Of a DNA stretch of 64,000 nt, positions 8,878 to 17,529 are shown piece after piece. The notes under the pieces are model-generated. The model made no database searches and was not told the origin of the DNA. It saw nothing but the letters and a program-made list of their open reading frames with translations. The stretch's first letter is position 1. Each line of letters opens with the position of its first letter. Made by a program: the position numbers and the translations under genes. Source of the stretch: Treponema sp. UBA1793 (GTDB lineage: Bacteria; Spirochaetota; Spirochaetia; Treponematales; Treponemataceae); NCBI GenBank assembly GCA_002314445.1, contig DCFX01000097.1:39566-103565 (forward strand), written 5' to 3'.

Positions 8878-10203
8878 ATGACACCAAAAGAAATAGCTGA
8901 AGTGCAGACATCAAATGTTCTGCTCGGATGGAGCAAACAGAGCGGACTTAATCCGACTGTCGTTGACCATGCAGAAGGAATTTACATTTACGACACGGAA
9001 GGCAAGCGCTATGCGGATATGTCTTCCGAACAGGTTAACGTTAATGCCGGATATGCAAATAAAGAAATGGCGGAAGCGATAAAAGCCCAGCTTGACAAGT
9101 TTGCGTACGTTCAGGGTTCATGGGGCGTTGAAGTACGGGCACAGCTTGCAAAATCGATTATCGACCGTCTTCCGGACTGCTTCGGAAAAATTTTTTTCAC
9201 GAACGGTGGTGCGGATGCCAATGAAAATGCAATCAAAATGGCCAGAATGTATACCGGCCGGTTTAAAGTAATGAGCCAGTACCGATCGTATCACGGTTCA
9301 ACGTTCGGTGCCGGAAATCTGACGGGCGAACCGCGGCATTTTGCCCTGGAACCGGCAATTCCCGGATTCATCCATTTCTGCGGTCCGTATTCGTATCAGG
9401 AAAAAATCAAGTTTGCTTCAGAAGATGAAGAATGCGAATACTACGTTGGAAAGCTCCGCGAACAGGTAATTTTTGAAGGCGGCGACAGAATTGCCGCAAT
9501 CATTCTTGAAACAGTCATAGGTTCAAATGGAATCATCATTTATCCGAAAAATTATCTCAAAGGCGTCCGCAAAATCTGTGACGAATTCGGCATTATGATG
9601 ATTTGCGATGAAGTCATGTCCGGCTGGTACCGGACGGGAAAAATGTTCGCCTACATGAACTTCGACGTAACGCCGGATATCATTTCCTTTGCAAAAGGCG
9701 TAAACTCAGGCTATATTCCGCTCGGCGGCTGTATTGTTAAGAACGAAATTGCGCATTTCTTTGATGATAAATTCTTAAGCTGCGGTTTAACCTATTCCGG
9801 GCATCCGCTTGCCTGCGCGGCCGGCGTGGGCTGTCAGGAGTTCTACCTTAAGAACGACATTGAAGGGCATGTTCAGAAAGTCGGAAAACACCTTGGAAAG
9901 CTCCTGGAAGATTTGAAGGCAAAGCATCCGTCTGTCGGCGACGTCCGATACATCGGATTGTTCAGCGGTGTTGAACTTGTAAAAGACCGCAAAACGCGCG
10001 AACCGCTTGTCCCGTGGGGACAGGATCCGAAAGGAATCATGGGCACCGTCGTAAAAGAGCTCAAGAGCCGCGGATTCTTTACTTATTCGCACGAAAATGT
10101 CATCATTGTAGCACCGCCGCTTATCATTACTGAAGCGCAGCTTGACGAAGAACTTGCAAAACTTGATGAAGTTCTCTCGATCGTAGATAAGAAATACATC
10201 TAG
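8878..10203 (+). CDS. Class-III (omega) aminotransferase, beta-alanine/omega-amino acid:pyruvate (or 2-oxoglutarate) type
   Basis: GGAGG at 8863-8867 precedes ATG 8878 (the track ORF starts further upstream at 8722). Motifs FTNGGADANE, ICDEVMSGWYRTG and PLP-Lys context DIISFAKGVNSGYIPLGG. Confidence 0.85.
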   Translation: MTPKEIAEVQTSNVLLGWSKQSGLNPTVVDHAEGIYIYDTEGKRYADMSSEQVNVNAGYANKEMAEAIKAQLDKFAYVQGSWGVEVRAQLAKSIIDRLPDCFGKIFFTNGGADANENAIKMARMYTGRFKVMSQYRSYHGSTFGAGNLTGEPRHFALEPAIPGFIHFCGPYSYQEKIKFASEDEECEYYVGKLREQVIFEGGDRIAAIILETVIGSNGIIIYPKNYLKGVRKICDEFGIMMICDEVMSGWYRTGKMFAYMNFDVTPDIISFAKGVNSGYIPLGGCIVKNEIAHFFDDKFLSCGLTYSGHPLACAAGVGCQEFYLKNDIEGHVQKVGKHLGKLLEDLKAKHPSVGDVRYIGLFSGVELVKDRKTREPLVPWGQDPKGIMGTVVKELKSRGFFTYSHENVIIVAPPLIITEAQLDEELAKLDEVLSIVDKKYI

Positions 10204-10210
10204 GGCGTTC

Positions 10211-10245
10211 GGGCCGTCCCGTAAGTTTTACTTACGGGACGGCCC
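10211..10245 (+). terminator. GC-rich perfect hairpin after the aminotransferase gene (no clear U-tract)
   Basis: GGGCCGTCCCGTAAG (10211-10225), loop TTTTA, CTTACGGGACGGCCC (10231-10245): 15 bp perfect. Confidence 0.45.
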
Positions 10246-10296
10246 GTCGTGCGTTACGCAATTCCGCTGCCGCCAGGGCTTTAATAAGGAGATTTT

Positions 10297-11451
10297 ATGT
10301 TTAATTTTACTACTGCACCGCGTACCATTGTCGGGGAAGGCGCGCTTGAACAGGCCGCTCCGTATCTTAAGGCATTTGGAAAAAAAGCACTGATTGTAAC
10401 GGGAAAAGTCATCACAAAAACAGGACTTGCAGGTCAGGTTCAGAGCGTGCTTAAAGGTCTTGGTATAGATTCCGTTCTCTATAACGATTTACCGGGCGAA
10501 CCGGATGACCTGATGATTTATGCCGGTGTCAAAGTTTTTAAGGACGAAAAATGTGATTTTATCATCGGTCTGGGAGGCGGTACGCCTCTTGATACGGCAA
10601 AAGCCGTTGCAGCCATGGCTGTCCTTCCCGGAAAATTAATCGATTATTTCGGAAAAACAATAGAAGGTGATTTTGCACCGCTTGTTCTTATTCCGACAAC
10701 GGCGGGAACAGGTTCTGAAGTTACAAAATATTTTGTGTATACCGACACTCCGACAAACTCAAAGCTCCTGTTGAAAGGTGATGCCCTTCTGCCGAAAATC
10801 GCAGTAATCGACTACACCTATACAATCAGTGCCCCAGCCTCAATCACGGTAAACACCGGAATGGATGCGCTGGCTCATGCGGTAGAAAGCTATACGTGCC
10901 GCAAAGCAAATCCGGTAACTGATATGTTCTGCCTTGATGCCGTTAAACGGATTTTCAAATACCTTCCGGTTGCCGCAAAAGACGGAACAAACAGAGAAGC
11001 CCGCGAAAATATGTCGCTTGCAGCGTATGAAGCGGGCGTTGCAATCAACACGTCCCCGACAACGATCGTGCACGGCATGAGCCGTCCGATCGGTGCAGTA
11101 TTCCATGTCCCGCACGGAATCTCAAACGCAATGCTCATCGTTGAGTGTCTGCGGGCTGTACTCGAAGGCTGCTACGAACGCTTTGCGCGTCTCGGTATTG
11201 AAATTGGTGCAGCAAGTGTGAGCGATGATCCGAAAACCGGTGCAGAAAAATTCCTTGGCGCGCTTGAGGATTTTACAAAGGAATTGAGCGTTCCGACTTT
11301 GCGTGAATACGGCATTGATCTTGAAAAATTTGCTGCTATGGAAGATAAAATGGCAGGTGATTCCCTTGCGTCAGGAAGTCCTGCAAACTGCTGGAAGATT
11401 CTGACAAAGGAAGAAGAAATCAGGATTTATGATATTTTGAGAAACAGGTAA
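10297..11451 (+). CDS. Iron-containing (group III) alcohol dehydrogenase; candidate malonic-semialdehyde reductase by context
   Basis: 384 aa with GLGGGTPLDTAKAVA, DALAHAVESY and HGMSRPIGAVFHVPHG. Confidence 0.85.
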   Translation: MFNFTTAPRTIVGEGALEQAAPYLKAFGKKALIVTGKVITKTGLAGQVQSVLKGLGIDSVLYNDLPGEPDDLMIYAGVKVFKDEKCDFIIGLGGGTPLDTAKAVAAMAVLPGKLIDYFGKTIEGDFAPLVLIPTTAGTGSEVTKYFVYTDTPTNSKLLLKGDALLPKIAVIDYTYTISAPASITVNTGMDALAHAVESYTCRKANPVTDMFCLDAVKRIFKYLPVAAKDGTNREARENMSLAAYEAGVAINTSPTTIVHGMSRPIGAVFHVPHGISNAMLIVECLRAVLEGCYERFARLGIEIGAASVSDDPKTGAEKFLGALEDFTKELSVPTLREYGIDLEKFAAMEDKMAGDSLASGSPANCWKILTKEEEIRIYDILRNR

Positions 11452-11473
11452 ATTCCCGGCAGGAAGAATACAG

Positions 11474-11523
11474 CGTGCAGCATGACAGTGTATGTAAAAC
11501 CTGTTGTGCTGCACGATTTTTAA
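11474..11523 (+). terminator. Imperfect hairpin followed by a T-run
   Basis: CGTGCAGCA(TGACAG)...(CTGTTG)TGCTGCACG followed by ATTTTTAATTTTTT. Confidence 0.45.
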
Positions 11524-13043
11524 TTTTTTATCAGATTTGCGATTGTCAGAACAGTTGTCGCTATGGAAAGCATTGTCGTCGCAAGCGGTGCGTATTTCGT
11601 AACATAATATGTAATAGAGTTTGTCGCTACTGTTATGGTCGTTTCCGGTGTAATCGGATCGTTCTTACTCATTTTGTTGCCGTGTAAATCTTTTATGGTA
11701 ACTGTTTCATTAAAGTTTTTATCGGTAAGGATTCCGCCGGCAAGACCGATATAATAATCCCATGAACGTCCCGGAATGTACGGATAACGGCCGGGCGTAT
11801 TGACAGCACCTGCTACCGAAACGAACGACTGTTTGAAAGGAATCATGAGTGTGTCGTACTGTTGTACGGTTTCTTCGCTGTAATAAGAGGCATCATACAG
11901 TATTTTGTTTACGTCGAGCGGAATTTCTTTTCCCTGCCTGATGATATATGCGTTTTCAATATCTGAAACAGCAGAAAACATACTGCTGTTTCTGCGGACT
12001 AAAAATGCATAATTCTCCCCGGACTGGAAAGAGATTGCAACATGTGCCGAACTTTCCGGCGTCGTGCTTTCTGTGAAATCTTTTTTGACTGTATTTAAAT
12101 ATAGAGCACCCTCCATAAACATGACGGGTTTAAGCTCTGTATAACTTGCAATATATACCGAATCATAGCAGACAAGGGGATAATTATCGTCGATGGAATT
12201 CTGGTTAAGATAGATTTTTTTTCCGGGCCGTTCCACCTGATCAAGAACACGGGTTAATTCAATACGGCTTGGATCTGCAAGCTCTGCAAGACCGTTGCCG
12301 TAATAGTTGACAAGATCTTTCAGATTTTCGCCCTCCAGCAGTTCATACATTCCCGGGCGTTCAACAGCACCTTTGAGTGTTACTTTGCGCGACATACGAT
12401 TGATTGTGATTGTGTCATCCGGCCGTACGTACGGATTCTGGGAAAGATCGCCGAAGCGTTCCGCTTTGAACAAGTCATATGTATTTTTTGCACCAGAGGC
12501 AGATGTGACTGTTACATTCCTCATTGATGAATATGAAGTCGTTGTGCCTGCGATTACGGAAGAAAGCCGCGTGAGGGCCCATGCCTGTTTTATTTCTGTC
12601 TGATGAACTTCGCCATTTATTGTTACTTTGAAAACTGCTGGCGTTGTAAGTATGAATTGAACGCCGCTGAGATGATAATTTTCAGTAATAATTTGTTCTA
12701 CAAACCGTTTGAGCTGCAGAAAAGTTTTACCGGCAGCATCAATAACAGTAAGATTCGCGACACGAATCTTGTAAGAAGTATCGACCGAAATAGCATAAGT
12801 AACAGGTGTGTTATTTACAGCGAACGCAAGCGTATAAAGATCACCGGCTGTAACGGGATAATCCAGAGAAGACATAGCCATTTGTGCATCAGGAATAAGA
12901 GCGGTTGAACCTGATGCAGAGTCAGCGACGACTGTTGCTAAGTCGTTTTGTGATTTTGCAGCTACACCCGTTATATCCTGTGCAGGCAGCATTGATACAG
13001 AAAGAATCATAATACTTAAAACAAAACAGATAAACTTTTTCAT
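11520..13043 (-). CDS. Polysaccharide export protein (Wza-like, Poly_export + SLBB domains)
   Basis: 507 aa. Signal peptide, SLBB-like GAVERPGMYELLEGENLKDLV and GAVNTPGRYPYIPGRSWDYYIGLAGG, and a C-terminal hydrophobic helix. Confidence 0.75.
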   Translation of the reverse strand: MKKFICFVLSIMILSVSMLPAQDITGVAAKSQNDLATVVADSASGSTALIPDAQMAMSSLDYPVTAGDLYTLAFAVNNTPVTYAISVDTSYKIRVANLTVIDAAGKTFLQLKRFVEQIITENYHLSGVQFILTTPAVFKVTINGEVHQTEIKQAWALTRLSSVIAGTTTSYSSMRNVTVTSASGAKNTYDLFKAERFGDLSQNPYVRPDDTITINRMSRKVTLKGAVERPGMYELLEGENLKDLVNYYGNGLAELADPSRIELTRVLDQVERPGKKIYLNQNSIDDNYPLVCYDSVYIASYTELKPVMFMEGALYLNTVKKDFTESTTPESSAHVAISFQSGENYAFLVRRNSSMFSAVSDIENAYIIRQGKEIPLDVNKILYDASYYSEETVQQYDTLMIPFKQSFVSVAGAVNTPGRYPYIPGRSWDYYIGLAGGILTDKNFNETVTIKDLHGNKMSKNDPITPETTITVATNSITYYVTKYAPLATTMLSIATTVLTIANLIKN

Positions 13044-13047
13044 AAGA

Positions 13048-14103
13048 TTATTTTTCCTTTTTGGGTGAGAGTTTCGCCATTGCTTCGGGATCTTTTTTTA
13101 TGTTTTCTACCGCATTCAATGCAAATGCCATAAATATAGAAAGAAAGAATGCTGCAAAAGTTACAATAATACATAGTTTGCCACGAGATGGCTTTGACTT
13201 TTGATCAGGAACTTCAGCGTGTTCAAGTATCTGGAATACAGGAGTTTCACTGGACAATGTAACTTTAAGGACTTCAAGCTGCGTCTTGAGCTGGGTGTAT
13301 ACCTGCTGCTGTGCTTCAAGTTCAAGTTTAAGCATCGATGTGTCAAGAAGAATGGAGGAAACCGCAGATGCATTATATCCGTTTGACACGGAATTTTCCT
13401 TTTTTCGTATCTGTCTTTCGAGATTTATTATTTCGTTATAACTTGTGTCTATATTTTCCTCAAGATTTTTTTTCTGGAGAAGATCTTTATCTACACCAAG
13501 CTGTGTAAACAGATTTTCCATATAATCGGCAGCAAAATTAACAACCGACTGTGCAAAGACAGGGTCAATGTCCGAAAAACTGATGGAAAAAACTCCGGAG
13601 TCGTCATCATAATCGGCTGTCAGCTGTTTTTTCAGAACTTTCCGGCTTTCTGCACGAGGGGATTTTTTTATTTTATAGCGGCTTATTAAATCGAATTTGT
13701 CCACTATAGCGTCAAGAAACGTATTTGTTCCTGCAAGATATACGGCGAGTGAACTGTAGGAAGAGAGATTTGTCGACACTCCTGCAAGGCCTGCAAGGCT
13801 GCTCAATCCGCTTGAATTAAGCATGGAGGAAAGGTTACTGCCCGATGAACTGGAATTGTTTATAAGCATAAGGGCTGTCGGTGTATATTCATTTGGAAGC
13901 GGCGATTTTTCGGGGGGCAGCTTTATCGAAAAAATACTGAAAATGATAACTACAATCATGGCCACAAGGGTTATGGTAATAATCATTTTTTTCCTTCTAA
14001 GAAGAACCGCGAACAAATCGATCAGGCTGATTTCATCGTCACCTTTTTTCATGACTGGATTCTGCGGCGTGCATGATTCTTCTACAGGGGTATTTTCTTC
14101 CAT
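13048..14103 (-). CDS. Wzz/chain-length-determinant (PCP) family protein without a kinase domain
   Basis: 351 aa. Has EISLIDLFAVLLRRKKMIITI plus TM1, a coiled-coil periplasmic region and a C-terminal TM. It lies 4 nt upstream of the Wza-like gene. Confidence 0.75.
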   Translation of the reverse strand: MEENTPVEESCTPQNPVMKKGDDEISLIDLFAVLLRRKKMIITITLVAMIVVIIFSIFSIKLPPEKSPLPNEYTPTALMLINNSSSSGSNLSSMLNSSGLSSLAGLAGVSTNLSSYSSLAVYLAGTNTFLDAIVDKFDLISRYKIKKSPRAESRKVLKKQLTADYDDDSGVFSISFSDIDPVFAQSVVNFAADYMENLFTQLGVDKDLLQKKNLEENIDTSYNEIINLERQIRKKENSVSNGYNASAVSSILLDTSMLKLELEAQQQVYTQLKTQLEVLKVTLSSETPVFQILEHAEVPDQKSKPSRGKLCIIVTFAAFFLSIFMAFALNAVENIKKDPEAMAKLSPKKEK

Positions 14104-14278
14104 AGGGTTCTTTTCCTTAATCAGACAAAAATTTTCAATATAGAATAACGAAATAAGAATACAACGAATAGGAAATTATGACAATGGCAGCCTGTTTTTG
14201 CCCTTTTCTGCGGAATCTTTGCATCTGTCCGATAGTCAGAACATATTTATATAATTAAAGCTGTCATTTTTATAAAAT

Positions 14279-15256
14279 TTAACAACAGCTGTCTGTTTTC
14301 CGGTCAGCCGGCAGTACCTTTTTTTTATATTTTCCGTTTACGCATATAATGCCGGTACAGACGAGCACAAGTGCCGCGGGGATTTTCCAGTTTGCAAGCA
14401 TACTGCCTTCGCCAAGAAGAAGGGCTGAAAGAATAACACCGAAAACAGGATTCATAAAGCCGAAAATTGATATGCGGGAAACGTCGTTGTACTTTAACAG
14501 GATGGACCACAGCGAATATGCGGCAGCAGAAAGAAATGCAAGGTAAAGCAGCAGCAGTCCGGCCTGTACGGAACCGAATGAAAGACGGCCTCCCGAAATA
14601 TATCCAGCAGCAATCATGACTGCCCCGCCGGAAACGAACTGCCATCCGCTTAATAAAACAGGATTGTCGTACCGGGAAAAAAGGCGCAGCATAACCGCAG
14701 CAAATGCCGCGCCGACTGTCGATATGACCATAAATCCTTCACCTGTCAGAGTAAAACCAAAATCAAGAGTCTTGAGGTTTCCGTTTCCGGTAAGATTTAC
14801 CAGTATTATACCTGCAAAACCAATGATGCAGCCTGCAATTTTCCTCAGGGAAAGTTTTTCCATGCGGAACAGAAGCGATGCGATAATTATTGAAAAGAAT
14901 ATATTCAGGCTCTCAAGAATTGCGCCTTTTATACCGGTCGTGTGCGCGAGCGAAATATAAAAAAATACATACTGAATGACAGTCTGGGCAAGAGAAAGAA
15001 CAATAATGCGGAAAAAAGAAGGCCACGTCCGGGGAACCAGCAGTTTTTTTGATACTATGCTTCCCACAACAATAGAAATGATGCCGGCACAAAAAAATCT
15101 GCATCCGGCAAAAAGTATCTGGGACGGTATATCTGACCGGTTGATGGAAAATAATGCATATCCTATTTTAATAACAGGAAAGGCACTGCCCCATAAAGCG
15201 CAGCAGATAAGTGCAAGGGTTACAACGACCGGAGTCTGCTGAAGACGAGGTTTCAT
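14279..15256 (-). CDS. DMT-superfamily transporter (EamA family)
   Basis: 325 aa with about 10 TM helices in two EamA-like halves. Confidence 0.8.
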   Translation of the reverse strand: MKPRLQQTPVVVTLALICCALWGSAFPVIKIGYALFSINRSDIPSQILFAGCRFFCAGIISIVVGSIVSKKLLVPRTWPSFFRIIVLSLAQTVIQYVFFYISLAHTTGIKGAILESLNIFFSIIIASLLFRMEKLSLRKIAGCIIGFAGIILVNLTGNGNLKTLDFGFTLTGEGFMVISTVGAAFAAVMLRLFSRYDNPVLLSGWQFVSGGAVMIAAGYISGGRLSFGSVQAGLLLLYLAFLSAAAYSLWSILLKYNDVSRISIFGFMNPVFGVILSALLLGEGSMLANWKIPAALVLVCTGIICVNGKYKKKVLPADRKTDSCC

Positions 15257-15309
15257 GCGCCTATACTACATTTGAAAGGCCGGCAAGTCAATAAACAGCA
15301 CTATAAAAA

Positions 15310-15864
15310 TCACCCTTCCCATTCGATTTTCTCTTTCCTGCATTCTTCTTCTATATGTTTCCGGTTTTCAGGGGTGCTGCCGACTGCAGCCGTATATGCA
15401 CTTTTTACAACTACGCGTGATTCCGGATAGCGTTTCTTTGTAAGTTTTGCCGTTTCAAGCACGCAGTAATCAAGCGCAATTCCGACAATGTCGAACCTGT
15501 CGATATCATGAGCTGTGATTGACGCGCCGTATTCTTCCTTTTGTGCATCAAGCCCTTTGTGGACGACGCTGATCGTTACTTCGTCTCCCCTCTGCAGGAC
15601 TGAACAGATGCCGTCTGTTATTTCTTCCTGCAGTTTTGCACCACGGGTATCCTGTACACAATGTACCGGCCATACTCCTCCGTTGACAGTGAAGGAACAA
15701 TGGTTTACGGGGTGAAAATCCGCAGTTATAACGATACTGTCATACCGCGTTTTTTCAAGCAGGTTCCTGATATTTTTACAGGCCCGGGTTCCTCCCTGGA
15801 CTGCGAGCGCACCGTCTTCCACAAAATCGTTCTGGCAGTCTACAATAACAAGACATGTTTTCAT
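15310..15864 (-). CDS. pncA: Nicotinamidase/pyrazinamidase (isochorismatase family)
   Basis: 184 aa with VIVDCQNDF (catalytic Asp), HCVQDT metal site and GIALDYCV (catalytic Cys). Confidence 0.75.
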   Translation of the reverse strand: MKTCLVIVDCQNDFVEDGALAVQGGTRACKNIRNLLEKTRYDSIVITADFHPVNHCSFTVNGGVWPVHCVQDTRGAKLQEEITDGICSVLQRGDEVTISVVHKGLDAQKEEYGASITAHDIDRFDIVGIALDYCVLETAKLTKKRYPESRVVVKSAYTAAVGSTPENRKHIEEECRKEKIEWEG

Positions 15865-15895
15865 ACGTGAAAGTATAGCAGATTTTTATGATATA

Positions 15896-17449
15896 TTACA
15901 TGCGGTCTTCAGAAGGCAGCTTTCCCTTTGCCTTGCGGTAGTTCTGTGAAAAGAGTGAAAAATTCGTATAGCCCGTTTTTGCAGCAATCATGCTGATTGT
16001 CAGGTTTGTCGATTTAAGAAGTGTCTGGGCTAAATCCATCTTTTTTTCAGTGATGAATTCTTTCAACGATTTTCCGGTCTCTTTTCTGAATATTCTGGAC
16101 AGATACGACGGATTAAGGTGGACGTATTCTGCAATTTCTTCCCTTCTGAGATCTTCAGAAATGTTATCTTCTATATATTCCCTGATCTTTTTAATGAGGG
16201 AAATATCTTCTACTCTGTTTTTTTCATTGCTGAAATACTCGCTGAAGTAACATACGAGCTTTTTCATACGTTCGACGGATTTATATGATGAAAGAATAGT
16301 CTCCATAGTTTCTTTGTCGTCGAATAAATCATTAATTGATATTTTCTGGTCCGAAAGCAGGACTGCTATGAGCTGGATATATTCCTGATAAAATTTTTTT
16401 AACATGTCCGCTCCGCCGGGTCCGGAGGAAAGCCTTGTAAGAAATTTTTCTGTTTCGGTAATCATAATTTCCGGATGCCCGTCCTGCACCATTTTCTGCC
16501 ATACACGCATATTCGGAAGAGGACAGGAAACGGCAGCCGGTGGAATTTTATCAATTTCAAATAATCCGCAGATATCTTCAAGCATGTTGTTTTTATAGGC
16601 AAGTATCCGGTCTGCTGCCTCGTGTATATGCGAAAGCTGAATGTCTTTGCCGGCGTATACGGCCGTATCAACTCCGTATTTTCCGGTAATTTCACTTTGA
16701 ACTGATTTAAGCTGATTAATGTACGAGTCATAGGGAATCAGCCAGTCCGATTCCGGATAGACAATGCAGCCGTACTCACCGCTGGCAGCTGCAAAGAGCA
16801 CGGTATTCTGATTCTCTGCAGTAAAATATTTTTTCACAACAGATTCAATGTCCTGCCGTCCGCATTTATTTTTTTCCGCGTTTGCGGAAACTATAAGCGA
16901 CAGATACAATTGTGAATCAGGGGAAAGCCCTATATCAAGTTTCTGAATGTCATCAATTTCTCTGCCTATATCGTATTCCGGATCAGTGAATACCGGATGG
17001 AATACCGCATCAAGAAATTTTTCTCTTGAACTATAAATCATTTTTCCGTAAGAATAAATTTCTTCTGAAATGCGCTGCTGCCGCAATTTATTAACGGCCC
17101 GTGCAAGAACCTGTTCAATTTCTGAATAGGGCGCCGGCTGGAGTACATAATCAAAGACATTGAGTTTTACAGCTTTCTGTGCGTACATAAAATCAGCATG
17201 AGCGGTGAGAAAGATACAGAGGGTTGCATATTTATTTTCGCGAAGCCAGCTGCATAAATCAAGACCGCTTTCCATGGGCATCTCGATATCGCATAGCAGA
17301 ATGTCGATTTTGCTGCTGAGTATGATTTTTTTTGCTTCATACGCGTTGTATGCTTTGCAGACTTTCTCAATTCCGATTTTTCCCCAGCTGATTCCGCAGA
17401 AAAGACCGCTTACGACGCTGACCTGATCGTCGACTATAAGTGCAACCAC
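15896..17449 (-). CDS. Response regulator with C-terminal AraC-type HTH (YesN-like)
   Basis: 517 aa. REC domain (IVDDQ, LLCDIEMP) and AraC HTH (YLSRIFRKETGKSLKEF ... GYTNFSLFSQNYRKAKG). Confidence 0.85.
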   Translation of the reverse strand: MVALIVDDQVSVVSGLFCGISWGKIGIEKVCKAYNAYEAKKIILSSKIDILLCDIEMPMESGLDLCSWLRENKYATLCIFLTAHADFMYAQKAVKLNVFDYVLQPAPYSEIEQVLARAVNKLRQQRISEEIYSYGKMIYSSREKFLDAVFHPVFTDPEYDIGREIDDIQKLDIGLSPDSQLYLSLIVSANAEKNKCGRQDIESVVKKYFTAENQNTVLFAAASGEYGCIVYPESDWLIPYDSYINQLKSVQSEITGKYGVDTAVYAGKDIQLSHIHEAADRILAYKNNMLEDICGLFEIDKIPPAAVSCPLPNMRVWQKMVQDGHPEIMITETEKFLTRLSSGPGGADMLKKFYQEYIQLIAVLLSDQKISINDLFDDKETMETILSSYKSVERMKKLVCYFSEYFSNEKNRVEDISLIKKIREYIEDNISEDLRREEIAEYVHLNPSYLSRIFRKETGKSLKEFITEKKMDLAQTLLKSTNLTISMIAAKTGYTNFSLFSQNYRKAKGKLPSEDRM

Positions 17450-17529
17450 ATAATACTCCTGAAAAAGATTCCGAAGTATTATAGCACGTATATTGCAACG
17501 CGCATTAGAAAAAAAGTATTGTAAGGTAT

